Shown: positions 9,586 to 19,758, counted from the first letter of the stretch. The stretch: 64,000 nt of DNA from Candidatus Omnitrophota bacterium (GCA_037146775.1 JBAWWL010000001.1:325464-389463); one strand, 5' to 3'. The notes: generated by a model from the sequence alone, not told the origin. Translations and numbers: made by a program.

Positions 9586-10811
9586 ATTTGATAAGCGGAA
9601 AAACGATGACTTTGTGGGATTTAACTAAAGATAATGGTCTGCTAACGGATGGAGATTGGGTCGAAACTAAAGACCAAGATACTTTAGGGAGTATAAGTTT
9701 AATCCAACTCGCCGACATTAAGGATGGCTATTTTCAAAGGAAATCAGATAGATATTTGAATGGAAAAACAGCTGAGAGATTGAATTGCACTTTCTTAGAA
9801 AACGGTGATGTTTTAATTGCTAGATTACCTGACCCATTGGGGAGGGCTTGTATTTACCCTGGCGAAGAAAAAAAAGCAGTAACTGTAGTCGATGTATGCA
9901 TTCTTAGAATAGATAATAAAAAATGCAATAACAAATGGTTAATGTATCTGATAAATAATCCACATTTTCGTAAAGAAATTGATGGATTACAGAGTGGTAC
10001 GACTAGGAAAAGAATATCAAAAAAGAATTTAGCAGCGATTCGTTTTCTTGTTCCAGAGAAAAATATTCAGGATAAAATTGTTGAGACTATTGAAACCCAG
10101 TTCACTCGTCTTGACGTAGCAATCAAAAACCTCAAAACAATAAAGAACAAACTCAAAGCTTATAGAAGAAGCGTGCTCAAAGCGGCGTTCGAAGGAAAAT
10201 TAGTTGCGTTTGATGATATTCCAGAAAGACCGATTTCTGATTTTTGTATTAAGGTGAGACAGTTAAAACCTGAACAGGAAGATTTTAAGGAGTTTTTTTA
10301 TATTGATATCGGTTCGGTTGATAATAAAAAACATAAGATAGATTCTCCTAAAATTGTTTCTGCGCAAAAGGCTCCCTCGCGAGCTAGACAAGAAACTTTT
10401 GCTGGCGATATTGTTTATTCTACTGTGAGGGTATATTTGATGAATTTAGCAATTGTTCCAGAAATGGGGGGTAAAAAAATCATTTCTTCTACTGGATTTA
10501 CAGTTTTAAGACCTGTCGAAGAGTTAAACAATAAGTTTCTATTCTATTATTTGTTACGGGACGAGGTAACAAGCTATTTAAATGCCAAACAACGGGGTAC
10601 AAGTTATCCTGCTATACGAGACAATGATGTATTTGACATGAGAATTAAAGCCCCCAAAAGAGCAATTCAAAACAAAATTATACAAGAGATTGAGTCTCGT
10701 TTTTCTGTTATTGAGAAGGTTGAGAGTGTTGTTGATGTTTCGCTTGCGAAAGCAGAAACATTACGAAAATCAATATTGAAATCGGCTTTTGAGGGAAAGC
10801 TAGTTAGTTGA
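9582..10811 (+). CDS. hsdS: Type I R-M specificity subunit (HsdS), two target-recognition domains
   Basis: conserved central and C-terminal HsdS repeats 'LKAYRRSVLKAAFEGKLV' and 'LRKSILKSAFEGKLV'; 4-nt overlap with the hsdR stop. Confidence 0.85.
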   Translation: MNLISGKTMTLWDLTKDNGLLTDGDWVETKDQDTLGSISLIQLADIKDGYFQRKSDRYLNGKTAERLNCTFLENGDVLIARLPDPLGRACIYPGEEKKAVTVVDVCILRIDNKKCNNKWLMYLINNPHFRKEIDGLQSGTTRKRISKKNLAAIRFLVPEKNIQDKIVETIETQFTRLDVAIKNLKTIKNKLKAYRRSVLKAAFEGKLVAFDDIPERPISDFCIKVRQLKPEQEDFKEFFYIDIGSVDNKKHKIDSPKIVSAQKAPSRARQETFAGDIVYSTVRVYLMNLAIVPEMGGKKIISSTGFTVLRPVEELNNKFLFYYLLRDEVTSYLNAKQRGTSYPAIRDNDVFDMRIKAPKRAIQNKIIQEIESRFSVIEKVESVVDVSLAKAETLRKSILKSAFEGKLVS

Positions 10812-10823
10812 GGTGAGTGATGG

Positions 10824-11399
10824 ATGAATCTTACTTGTCCCAAAAAAGAAGCTTTGCTTCTTGATGATAAGATCGCAAAACTTGCGAAAGAATTGTTAAC
10901 TGATGAACAAATTAAATTAGCTGATAGCCTCTCTCAAGCGATGGTGTCTTCAAAAGCGAAAAGAACCGAAGCCGTAATGAAATTGCAAAAAATTGTAGGA
11001 ATGAAACCCAAGAGACCAATGTATTATATGAATTGGGAACTAAATTACTTGCCAAGATGGACAAGAAACTCTACAAAATATTTAGGGGACTATATTGACC
11101 TTTTAGTAAAAATATTTGTGGCAGATAAGCTAAAAGACGAAAAATATAAATCGGTCTCTTTGGGAGCAAACCTAAAATATATGCCTAATATTATGCCTGA
11201 AGAGATCATAACCGCACTCAGAACCTATAACGAATTAATATACGTTCCAGCAAAGCACGATTTTGAAGTAAAAAATAGGCGGCACAGGTTTACATGCAGA
11301 GAAGTAGTATATGCCTGTTTAATAACAATGGAACTGGGCAAAAGAATTATTCCGCTCTCACAAAAAGTAAAAGATTGGACTGAAGATAAAAGAAATTAG
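10824..11399 (+). CDS. hypothetical 191-aa protein inserted between hsdS and hsdM
   Basis: ORF with balanced composition, same strand, 12 nt after hsdS and 14 nt before hsdM; no recognisable motif. Confidence 0.4.
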   Translation: MNLTCPKKEALLLDDKIAKLAKELLTDEQIKLADSLSQAMVSSKAKRTEAVMKLQKIVGMKPKRPMYYMNWELNYLPRWTRNSTKYLGDYIDLLVKIFVADKLKDEKYKSVSLGANLKYMPNIMPEEIITALRTYNELIYVPAKHDFEVKNRRHRFTCREVVYACLITMELGKRIIPLSQKVKDWTEDKRN

Positions 11400-11413
11400 A
11401 AGGTGGTATTTTT

Positions 11414-12898
11414 ATGAGTGATTCAAGACAATTGGTAGATAAGCTATGGAATTACTGCGACATATTGCGAGATGATGGGCTCTCGTATGGTGATTACGTT
11501 GAACAACTCACCTTCTTGCTATTTTTGAAGATGGATGATGAGAGGACAAAACCACCATACAGTAAGAAAAGTGACATTTCCAAAAACCTCAATTGGCAAA
11601 GCCTCCTTGAAAAGGATGGGGCAGAGCTAGAAACCCAATACATAAGGACGCTCACTGAGCTTGGTAAACAAGAAGGCATCATGGGCGTTATTTTTAGGAA
11701 GGCGCAGAACAGGATTCAAGACCCAGCCAAACTACGCAAGCTTATTGCTGACCTTATTGATAGGGAGAATTGGTTGAGTCTTGAGGTTGATGTTAAGGGT
11801 GATGCTTATGAGGGTTTGCTGGAGAAGAATGCTGCTGACGTTAAGGGTGGGGCAGGTCAATACTTTACGCCAAGGCCGCTAATAAACGCAATGGTTAGGG
11901 TTATGAAGCCAGAAGCGGGAATGAAGATTCATGATCCAGCATGCGGAACAGGAGGTTTCCTGCTTTCAGCATACAATTATATTGTCAAAAATCAGAAGCT
12001 TAACAAAGATGAAAAGCATGACCTCAAGCACCGTACATTTACGGGAAATGAGATTGTTCCGTTGGCTGCGCGTCTCTGCGTGATGAATCTTTATTTGCAT
12101 GGCGTGAATGGTGAGGAGTCTCCTATTAGCCCTGATGATTCTCTCAAAAAGAATCCGGGGGGCGTTTATCACATGGTTTTGACTAATCCGCCTTTCGGAA
12201 AAAAATCGTCAGAGAAGATTGTTACTGATGAAGGCAAGGCAGAGAGTCAGAGTCTCACTATTTTGCGGGACGATTTTTGGGCGCAGACAAGTAACAAGCA
12301 ACTCAACTTTCTTCAGCATGTGAGGAGCATTCTCAAAATCAACGGAAAAGCAGCAATAGTCCTGCCAGACAATGTATTATTTGAGGGTGGGGCTGGCGAG
12401 ACTGTTAGGAAGAAGCTGATGCAGACTTGCGACTTGCACACTATTCTGAGGCTTCCCACAGGTATTTTTTATGCGCAGGGAGTTAAGGCTAATGTTCTTT
12501 TCTTTGACAAGAAGGAAGCCTCAAAAGATAGTGCTACAAAGAAGGTGTGGATTTATGATTTGCGTACAAACATTCACTTCACGCTTAAGGAAAATAGGCT
12601 TAAAGAGGACGATTTGGAAGACTTCATCAAGTGCTTTAATCCAGATAATAGATTTGAGCGCAAACAGACCTATTCAGTAAAGAATCCTGATGCCAGATGG
12701 AGATGTTTCGAGATAGAAGAGCTTCTGAAAAGGGACAAGACGAACTTAGACATCTTTTGGGTTAAGGACGAGAGCCTAGACGACGTAGACAGCCTCCCAG
12801 AGCCAGGAATAATAGCAAACGAACTGGTAGAAGACCTACAAGACGCTTTGGAGCAATTAGAAGAGATAGCGGAAGACTTAGGTAAGAACAAGAAGTAG
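11414..12898 (+). CDS. hsdM: Type I R-M N6-adenine DNA methyltransferase (HsdM)
   Basis: HsdM N-terminal 'LWNYCDILRDDG...LTFLLFLK', motif I 'DPACGTGGFL', motif IV 'LTNPPFG'. Confidence 0.9.
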   Translation: MSDSRQLVDKLWNYCDILRDDGLSYGDYVEQLTFLLFLKMDDERTKPPYSKKSDISKNLNWQSLLEKDGAELETQYIRTLTELGKQEGIMGVIFRKAQNRIQDPAKLRKLIADLIDRENWLSLEVDVKGDAYEGLLEKNAADVKGGAGQYFTPRPLINAMVRVMKPEAGMKIHDPACGTGGFLLSAYNYIVKNQKLNKDEKHDLKHRTFTGNEIVPLAARLCVMNLYLHGVNGEESPISPDDSLKKNPGGVYHMVLTNPPFGKKSSEKIVTDEGKAESQSLTILRDDFWAQTSNKQLNFLQHVRSILKINGKAAIVLPDNVLFEGGAGETVRKKLMQTCDLHTILRLPTGIFYAQGVKANVLFFDKKEASKDSATKKVWIYDLRTNIHFTLKENRLKEDDLEDFIKCFNPDNRFERKQTYSVKNPDARWRCFEIEELLKRDKTNLDIFWVKDESLDDVDSLPEPGIIANELVEDLQDALEQLEEIAEDLGKNKK

Positions 12899-13043
12899 TA
12901 TTTTTTGTCAAAAAGTACCATTTTTTTGAATAAGGTTTATAAAGAGAGTTCTATTACTCAGAGGAATTCATTGCAATCATTAAAGAAGCCAGAAGCAGAT
13001 ACAGGAAGGCCTTAATGCACTTAAGAGTTGAGAAATATAAAAG

Positions 13044-14387
13044 ATGAAATTTATTGATTTGTTTGCTGGTCTTGGGGGATTTCATGTAGCTCTACATAGC
13101 TTGGGGCACACTTGTGTTTTTGCTTCAGAGCTTGATGAAAGCTTAAGACAGCTTTATGACAAAAATTTTGGCTTTATGCCAAAAGGGGACATTCGTAAAA
13201 TCCGTATTAAGGAGATTCCGAGCCATGATATTCTCTGCGCGGGGTTTCCTTGTCAGCCATTCTCTAAAGCAGGAGAGCAGCAAGGTCTATCTTGTCCGAA
13301 GTGGGGTGACCTTTTCAATTATGTTATAAAAATTCTTCGTTATCATCAGCCGAAGTATTTCATACTTGAGAATGTTCCCAATCTTTCGCGCCACGATGGG
13401 GGTGAGACTTGGGATAAGATGAAAAGGAGGCTTAAGAACGCTGGATATTTCATTGATGACCATAGGTTGTCACCGCATCACTTTGGTATTCCCCAAGTTC
13501 GCGAGCGTATTTTCATCGTCGGTAGCATTTCAGGATTGAATGGGTTCTCATGGCCAGAAGTCAAGCGAGATGCTTCCATATCCATTGTGAATATGCTCAA
13601 AAAGAATCCCACTGATGCAAGGCAGCTATCTTCGCAAGTCATTAAATGCCTGAACGTGTGGCAGGATTTCATTCGTTGCTTTCCCAAGGACAAAGAACTG
13701 CCATCGTTTCCGATATGGTCGACGGAGTTTGGCGCAACGTACCCTTATGAAGACACAACTCCTTTTGCGATTGGTAATGCCGCTTTACGTAGCTATAGGG
13801 GGAATCATGGGAAGAGGCTCAAATCCGTAGCTCCCAAGGATAGGTTGGCGTTGCTGCCATCTTACGCCCGTGTGGAAGAGAAAAAGTTTCCTGATTGGAA
13901 AATCCAATTCATTCGTCAGAATCGTGAGTTGTACAGACAGCATAAGAAGTGGATAAACAAATGGAAGCCGAAGATTTTGAAGTTCCCATCAAGCCTGCAG
14001 AAGCTTGAATGGAACTGTAAGGGAGAAGTTCGAGATATCTGGAAGTACGTGATACAATTCCGTGCATCGGGTGTCCGCATAAAAAGACCAACCAGTTCAC
14101 CATCGCTTATTGCGATGACTTCGACGCAAGTTCCAATTATTGCATGGGAGAAAAGATATATGACGCCGAGGGAATGTGCATATCTCCAAAGTTTCGGTGA
14201 CTTGTTACACCTTCCAGAATCAGACACAAGAGCTTTTAAAGCCCTTGGAAATGCCGTAAATACAGATGTTGTCAAAATGGTTGCAGGCTCGCTCATTCCA
14301 AAGGCTAAGACGACAAAGTCACAATATCCCCTTAGTCCAGGATCTCAATCTTCTGACCGTATGCCTGAGGAATTGGTGGAGGTATAA
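13044..14387 (+). CDS. DNA cytosine-5 methyltransferase (Dcm-type)
   Basis: motif I 'DLFAGLGGF', IV 'GFPCQPFS', VI 'ILENVPNL', X 'ALGNAVN'. Confidence 0.9.
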   Translation: MKFIDLFAGLGGFHVALHSLGHTCVFASELDESLRQLYDKNFGFMPKGDIRKIRIKEIPSHDILCAGFPCQPFSKAGEQQGLSCPKWGDLFNYVIKILRYHQPKYFILENVPNLSRHDGGETWDKMKRRLKNAGYFIDDHRLSPHHFGIPQVRERIFIVGSISGLNGFSWPEVKRDASISIVNMLKKNPTDARQLSSQVIKCLNVWQDFIRCFPKDKELPSFPIWSTEFGATYPYEDTTPFAIGNAALRSYRGNHGKRLKSVAPKDRLALLPSYARVEEKKFPDWKIQFIRQNRELYRQHKKWINKWKPKILKFPSSLQKLEWNCKGEVRDIWKYVIQFRASGVRIKRPTSSPSLIAMTSTQVPIIAWEKRYMTPRECAYLQSFGDLLHLPESDTRAFKALGNAVNTDVVKMVAGSLIPKAKTTKSQYPLSPGSQSSDRMPEELVEV

Positions 14388-15959
14388 ATGGAAGCAAAGA
14401 GAGAAGCAAAAACAAAAGGAATTGATGAACTTAAAACAGTAATCATCAGGCCAGGTGTAAGCATGCTTTCGGTGCTGCGGCATCTGAATTATCGGCCGTG
14501 GTTTGCTATCGCAGAATTTGTTGATAATTCGCTGGAAAGCTTTATGAGACACAAAGAAGCGCTTCGAAAAGCTGATGTGAATAATCAAAGCCTGCATGTT
14601 GTGATTGAGTATGATCCGAGAGATGGAGGAAGGATTGTTGTGCGTGATAATGCGGCTGGAATCTATGAGTCAGAGTATGCGCGTGCTTTCAGACCAGCGG
14701 AGATTCCTCCAGATCGATCAGGATTAGCCGAATTTGGCATGGGAATGAAGAGCGCAGCTTGCTGGTTTTCACAAAATTGGTCGGTGAGAACTTCAGCGCT
14801 TGGAGAGAATGTCGAGCGTACCGTTTCTTTTGATATTTCAAAAATTGTCAGAGATAACATCGAGGAATTGACCATCACATCTAAGCCGATAAACGCAAAT
14901 GCTCACTTCACTGAAATTACTCTTCAGGGTTTGCATAGACCTCCTCAGACCCGCACCCTAGGAAAAATAAAAGAGCACTTGGCAAGCATATATCGGGTGT
15001 TTGTCCGAGAGGGATTGCTGACACTTACTTTTGATGGAGAGCCGTTAATCTACTTTGAGCCAAAAGTTCTGAAAGCTCCGTACTACAAAAAGCCCCAAAG
15101 CGATTCAGTGCTCTGGCGTAAAAAAATTGATTTTGACTTTGGCAGTGGTCAAAAAGCCAAGGGATTCGCAGCACTCCGAGACACAGCTTCGACAACCCAC
15201 GCAGGGTTTGCCCTATTCAGAAGAAATCGGCTTATTCAAGGCAGTTGCGATGAAGGATACCGGCCAGAAGTTATCTTTGGCCGCCCTAATAGCTATCGTT
15301 ATCAGCGTCTTTTCGGAGAGCTTCACCTTGAGGGATTTGATGTTAGCCATACAAAAGATGGGTTTCGTTGGGAGGAGCACGAGGATGTGTTTCTTTCTCT
15401 GCTGAAAGAGTTCCTTGACCAGGAACCACTGCCTTTACTTGCGCAAGCAGAAGGCTTTCGTGTAAGGCCTAAGCGTAACGCAATTAAACAAGCAGCTGAG
15501 CAGGCGGTGAATGAAACGGCAGAGGCTATAGCAGCGAAAGGTGCTGAAGCTATGAATACCGCTTCTGCAGAGGCGGCTCTGAGAGATCAGCCTCTTGCCA
15601 AATCTCAACGGTCGGCTCATATCATAGCTCAGCAAGTAGTGAAAGAGGTCGAGTGGCGATCAAAGCGTTGGCGTATAACCATTGATCTTATCGACGATCC
15701 GGGAGTCGGAGATTGGCTAACTTTAACTGGCGACCTCGAATCTGAAGCAAAAGGCCAAATTGGTATTCGTTTGTCGCTCGCTCATCCATTTATGGAACGA
15801 TTTGAGGGTTCAAGCGGAGAGTCAATCGAAGCTCTTCTTCGTTTAGCCGTTGCTATTGCCCTTAGTGAAGTTGCTGCTAGGGCCACCGGAGTCAGACGAG
15901 CCAGCGTAATTAGGAGAAGCGTGAACGAAATCTTGAGGGATTGCTTATCAAGTCCTTAA
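14388..15959 (+). CDS. GHKL/MORC-type (Bergerat-fold) ATPase, 523 aa
   Basis: N-box 'AEFVDNSLES', 'VVRDNAAGI' (DxGxG), 'GLAEFGMGMKSA' (G2 box); start codon directly abuts the Dcm stop. Confidence 0.75.
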   Translation: MEAKREAKTKGIDELKTVIIRPGVSMLSVLRHLNYRPWFAIAEFVDNSLESFMRHKEALRKADVNNQSLHVVIEYDPRDGGRIVVRDNAAGIYESEYARAFRPAEIPPDRSGLAEFGMGMKSAACWFSQNWSVRTSALGENVERTVSFDISKIVRDNIEELTITSKPINANAHFTEITLQGLHRPPQTRTLGKIKEHLASIYRVFVREGLLTLTFDGEPLIYFEPKVLKAPYYKKPQSDSVLWRKKIDFDFGSGQKAKGFAALRDTASTTHAGFALFRRNRLIQGSCDEGYRPEVIFGRPNSYRYQRLFGELHLEGFDVSHTKDGFRWEEHEDVFLSLLKEFLDQEPLPLLAQAEGFRVRPKRNAIKQAAEQAVNETAEAIAAKGAEAMNTASAEAALRDQPLAKSQRSAHIIAQQVVKEVEWRSKRWRITIDLIDDPGVGDWLTLTGDLESEAKGQIGIRLSLAHPFMERFEGSSGESIEALLRLAVAIALSEVAARATGVRRASVIRRSVNEILRDCLSSP

Positions 15960-15983
15960 TATTTGCCAAGTGGGGGTGTTTAA

Positions 15984-18221
15984 ATGACAGATGATACACA
16001 AGCAGAGCATATTGAGATGATTCCTGAAGCCCTTCCTCCAGGGTTGCAGTGGCAACCTGTGATCGGGGAAGAAACACATAGGCTTATGGAGCACTTAGCA
16101 TCAGAGTTAGATAATACAGAGGCTCGCCAGCGTATTCAGCAATCAGCAGCCTCAGCACTCGGACGATGCACTCCTCCGAATCAGCCGGGAGGGACGACTG
16201 GCTTGGTGCTTGGCCAAATTCAGAGTGGTAAGACCATGTCATTCACGACGCTAACTTCGATTGCTCGGGATAATGGATACCGCATGGTGATAGTAATTAC
16301 AGGTTCGACGGTAGCTCTTTTGAAGCAGTCTGTTGACCGGATCAGGCGTGATCTTGGAATCGAAAGTGGAAATCGAGGATGGAGGCATATTCGTATTGAA
16401 CGCGCTGGAACGCCTGATATTCAGTCGATCACCTCTGCTCTTAATGAATGGACAGATCCAGATGTTCCTCCATCGGAGCGCCGAACAGTGCTCGTAACAG
16501 TGCTGAAACAGCACAATAATCTTTCTCGTCTAACAGAAGCTTTACGGCAAATCAATCTAGATAGTGTACCTACACTCATCATTGACGACGAAGCAGACCA
16601 AGCTAGTTTAAATTCCCAAGTCCTAAATAATAATCAGAGCACTACATATATGAGGCTTTTAGAGTTGCGCGATGCTGTTCCAAGGCATACCTTTGTGCAA
16701 TACACTGCCACTCCCCAAGCTTTGATGCTCATCAATATCATTGATACTCTATCACCAAGATTTATCAATGTTCTTGAAGCAGGGCAAGGATACCGGGGAG
16801 GATATGACTTCTTCGAACAGTATAGAGTCCAAGTCATACGTGAGATTCCCTCAGCAGAACTTCCGACACGCCAACAGCCACTTCAAGAGCCACCACAGAG
16901 CTTTTTTGAAGCTCTCCGTCTCTTTTTTGTTGGGGTTTCTGCAGGATATTGTCGTGGTGAGCAAGGTAACCGATCTATGATGATCCATCCTTCCAGGACT
17001 ACCAACGAGCACACAATTTATCAGCATTGGGTACAGCAAACAAAAGAAGAGTGGGAGCGCCTTTTGAGACTTCCTGATGATGATCAAAGTAAACAAGAGC
17101 TTCTGGACGAATTTCGGCAAGCTGCTGCTGATCTTCGGACAACTGAGCCTAACCTACCTCCTGATAATGAACTTTTAGGAAACAGATTAAGGTTTGCTGT
17201 TAATCGATCACAAGTACAAGTGCTGAACGCACGCGGTGGGAGAACTCCCCAGGTAGATTGGGGTGGAGAGTACGGTTTGATTTTGATAGGTGGGACTGTG
17301 CTGGATCGCGGCTTTACCATTAGAGGTCTGACAGTGACCTATATGCCACGTCCGCTAGGGGGTGGGATGGCAGATACTTTACAGCAGCGTGGCCGATTTT
17401 TTGGGTACCGAGCTTCTTACTTTGGGCTTTGTCGTGTATTTTTACCCAGGGATGTTATTGATGCTTTTCGTGCATATGTGGAGCATGAGCATGATCTTCG
17501 AGATAGGCTATTGGGTTTTGAGCAAAACGGTCGTCCTCTTACAGAATGGCCTCGAATGTTTATTCTTGACCCTAGCCTTAGGCCAACAAGGGATAGCATC
17601 ATTGATATCGCATATCGCTGGGGAATTATTGGAAATGATTGGTCATGGCCAAGGAGTCCCCATGTCACTGCAGAGTCCAGCGCTAGCAACACTCAAGTAA
17701 TAGATGCGTTTACAAGCAATGTGGCGTTCCAGGAAGATGAAGGGAATCCGCAAAGAACAGAGCACCAAAAACATCTAGTTACCACCGGCCTTGAGTTGCG
17801 CATGGTACTCCATGATTTATTGATGAAGTTTCAGTTTCGTAGCATCGAGGACTCCAGGCAGTTTACTGCAGTTCTCTCGCTTCTACAAAGAATTGTAGAG
17901 CAGAACGCGAATGCTTCGGCAAGTGTATATCTTATGAGTGGACGAAGAACCCGTGAGAGACGCGTGGACAGTGAGGATCGGTTGGGAAAAGTATCGACTC
18001 TTTTCCAAGGAGCCCATCCGAGCGTAAGCGGGCCTCGTCGTGGCTCAATATACCCAGGGGATGCTGCTATAAAAGCTTCACAAGGCGTGACAGTGCAGAT
18101 TCACACCCTCAAAATAATTCGAGAGAATGGTGAGCAACGCGAGAACGTTCCAGCAATTGCTGTTTGGATTCCTAATGATTTAGCGCGGCCTATCCTCATC
18201 CAACCACAAGGAGGAGCATAA
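15984..18221 (+). CDS. Z1-domain-like P-loop NTPase, 745 aa
   Basis: Walker A 'GQIQSGKTMSFTTL' followed by 'MVIVITGST', as in Z1-domain proteins that accompany Dcm methylases; Walker-B-like 'LIIDDEADQ'. Confidence 0.6.
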   Translation: MTDDTQAEHIEMIPEALPPGLQWQPVIGEETHRLMEHLASELDNTEARQRIQQSAASALGRCTPPNQPGGTTGLVLGQIQSGKTMSFTTLTSIARDNGYRMVIVITGSTVALLKQSVDRIRRDLGIESGNRGWRHIRIERAGTPDIQSITSALNEWTDPDVPPSERRTVLVTVLKQHNNLSRLTEALRQINLDSVPTLIIDDEADQASLNSQVLNNNQSTTYMRLLELRDAVPRHTFVQYTATPQALMLINIIDTLSPRFINVLEAGQGYRGGYDFFEQYRVQVIREIPSAELPTRQQPLQEPPQSFFEALRLFFVGVSAGYCRGEQGNRSMMIHPSRTTNEHTIYQHWVQQTKEEWERLLRLPDDDQSKQELLDEFRQAAADLRTTEPNLPPDNELLGNRLRFAVNRSQVQVLNARGGRTPQVDWGGEYGLILIGGTVLDRGFTIRGLTVTYMPRPLGGGMADTLQQRGRFFGYRASYFGLCRVFLPRDVIDAFRAYVEHEHDLRDRLLGFEQNGRPLTEWPRMFILDPSLRPTRDSIIDIAYRWGIIGNDWSWPRSPHVTAESSASNTQVIDAFTSNVAFQEDEGNPQRTEHQKHLVTTGLELRMVLHDLLMKFQFRSIEDSRQFTAVLSLLQRIVEQNANASASVYLMSGRRTRERRVDSEDRLGKVSTLFQGAHPSVSGPRRGSIYPGDAAIKASQGVTVQIHTLKIIRENGEQRENVPAIAVWIPNDLARPILIQPQGGA

Positions 18222-18326
18222 ATAACCGGGTGCTGAAGAATTAAGGTTGGAAAGTATTAAGAGTATGGGAGTCAACTGTCTTGAATCATCCCAAAATGGT
18301 CTCTCAAAAAGTAATAAAGGCATTAA

Positions 18327-19475
18327 ATGGAAGAAGAATTTAATACTAATAGTGGCGAACAACAAACAAGAAGTATAGAACCTAAAATTGCTAATCCGAA
18401 TCAGCGACGAGGAGCTGAACAGCACTCACTTGAATTACGTTATGAAGTTTTGGAACGTTTCTTGTTTGATGGTTGGACTCATAGAGAGTTGCAAAAGAAA
18501 GTTTTGCAAATTCCTGCTCCAAAGCACGGCGGTGGATTTGAAGCTATGTATATTCTACATTGTTTCGGATTTGGTGGTGACGATACACGAGGGCTTTTGG
18601 CAAGAGTCAAGTCCTATGATGATTTTCAAAAATTGATTCGATTTCAGTTGTCAACATTTTCTCCGGAGCAGCAGGATGCAGTTCGACAAGTTTGGCGTAG
18701 ACATTTAGGGTCAATGAAGGAAGAGGAGGTAATTGCGGTTCAAACGTCTTCGAATGATAAAACAAACAGCGATGAGGACTGGTCTGATTCAGAGATTAAG
18801 GAATCGGTAAAGGCATATCTTTGGATGCTCGGCTGCGAAAAAAATGGGAAGTCGTATAACAAAAGCGCTGTTAATAAATCATTGCGGGAGGGAGTGTTAT
18901 CCAAGAGAACTCATGGTTCCATAGAGTATAGGATGGAGAATATATCAGCTACATTGGCGGAGTTGTGTCTTCCTTGGATTGAAGGTTATAAACCGCACGG
19001 AAATGTCGGGAGCGGAGTTAAAAAGAAGATTGTTAAAGTGCTTGATGAATTGGGTGTTGTTAGTGCTGAAGATTATTCCCCAACTAACAAGCTAGAAGTT
19101 TTGGATGAGCGTTCACGAAGGCTTCTAAAAATAGATTTTGTCGGTGAACCTGCCGGCAATATTTCTCCGATAAAAACAGAGACAGTGTCTTATCAATATG
19201 TTCGTGATCCGCTGGTTAAAGCATGGATTTTGAGAAATGCGATTGGTCATTGTGAATTATGTAAGAGCCCTGCACCGTTTGTCATGCCGGACGGAATTCC
19301 ATACCTTGAAATTCACCACGTTAAGCCTCTTTCGGAAGATGGTCACGATACGATAAATAATGCTGTCGCACTGTGTCCGAACTGTCATAAAAAATGCCAT
19401 CTGAGTAAAGATAAAAAAGAAGCCGCAGAGGCTCTTTATAACAATATTAGAAGACTTCAAAGAACAAGTGAATAA
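18327..19475 (+). CDS. HNH-endonuclease-domain protein, 382 aa
   Basis: C-terminal 'HCELCKSPAPFVMPDGIPYLEIHHVKPLSEDGHDTINNAVALCPNCHKKCH' (HNH with two Cys pairs). Confidence 0.75.
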   Translation: MEEEFNTNSGEQQTRSIEPKIANPNQRRGAEQHSLELRYEVLERFLFDGWTHRELQKKVLQIPAPKHGGGFEAMYILHCFGFGGDDTRGLLARVKSYDDFQKLIRFQLSTFSPEQQDAVRQVWRRHLGSMKEEEVIAVQTSSNDKTNSDEDWSDSEIKESVKAYLWMLGCEKNGKSYNKSAVNKSLREGVLSKRTHGSIEYRMENISATLAELCLPWIEGYKPHGNVGSGVKKKIVKVLDELGVVSAEDYSPTNKLEVLDERSRRLLKIDFVGEPAGNISPIKTETVSYQYVRDPLVKAWILRNAIGHCELCKSPAPFVMPDGIPYLEIHHVKPLSEDGHDTINNAVALCPNCHKKCHLSKDKKEAAEALYNNIRRLQRTSE

Positions 19476-19485
19476 AGAAATACAC

Positions 19486-19758
19486 TTACCCCTTCATTAA
19501 TTCCTGCCGTATTTCTTCTCCTGCCTGTGTTAGTTGGTATATTCTTCCTCTTTTGTTTTGTGGGTTTATGCATATTGCGATGCCTTGTTTTTGGAAGGCT
19601 CTTAGGGTGTCGCTTGTGTGGTTGAGGCTTATTTTTGGGCTGTAGTCTTTGCTTTTTTTGTGCACCTGACAGGGCGCCATTGGCTTTTCGAGGGCTCTTA
19701 GTATTGCTGTCCGTCTTGAACCGCCAAGTATCCACGCGAATAGGTAAACGTCCACCAT
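19486..19758 (-). CDS. winged-helix transcriptional regulator (ArsR-like)
   Basis: 'SLNHTSDTLRAFQKQGIAICINPQNKRGRIYQLTQAGEE' shows an HTH followed by a wing; the overlapping K/R-rich ORF 19457..19735 was judged spurious. Confidence 0.4.
   Translation of the reverse strand: MVDVYLFAWILGGSRRTAILRALEKPMAPCQVHKKSKDYSPKISLNHTSDTLRAFQKQGIAICINPQNKRGRIYQLTQAGEEIRQELMKG

Noticed and set aside
10463-10481. G6 plus A7 homopolymer tracts in hsdS (also G6 in hsdM at 12166 and A8 at about 36,000) as possible phase-variation switches
   Set aside because: The tracts are short (8 nt or less) and in frame. There is nothing to distinguish them from chance in an AT-rich genome.
19457-19735. 92-aa highly basic K/R/P-rich ORF on the minus strand
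   Set aside because: It overlaps the better-supported wHTH regulator ORF (19486..19758) in another frame and has the extreme composition typical of out-of-frame translation.
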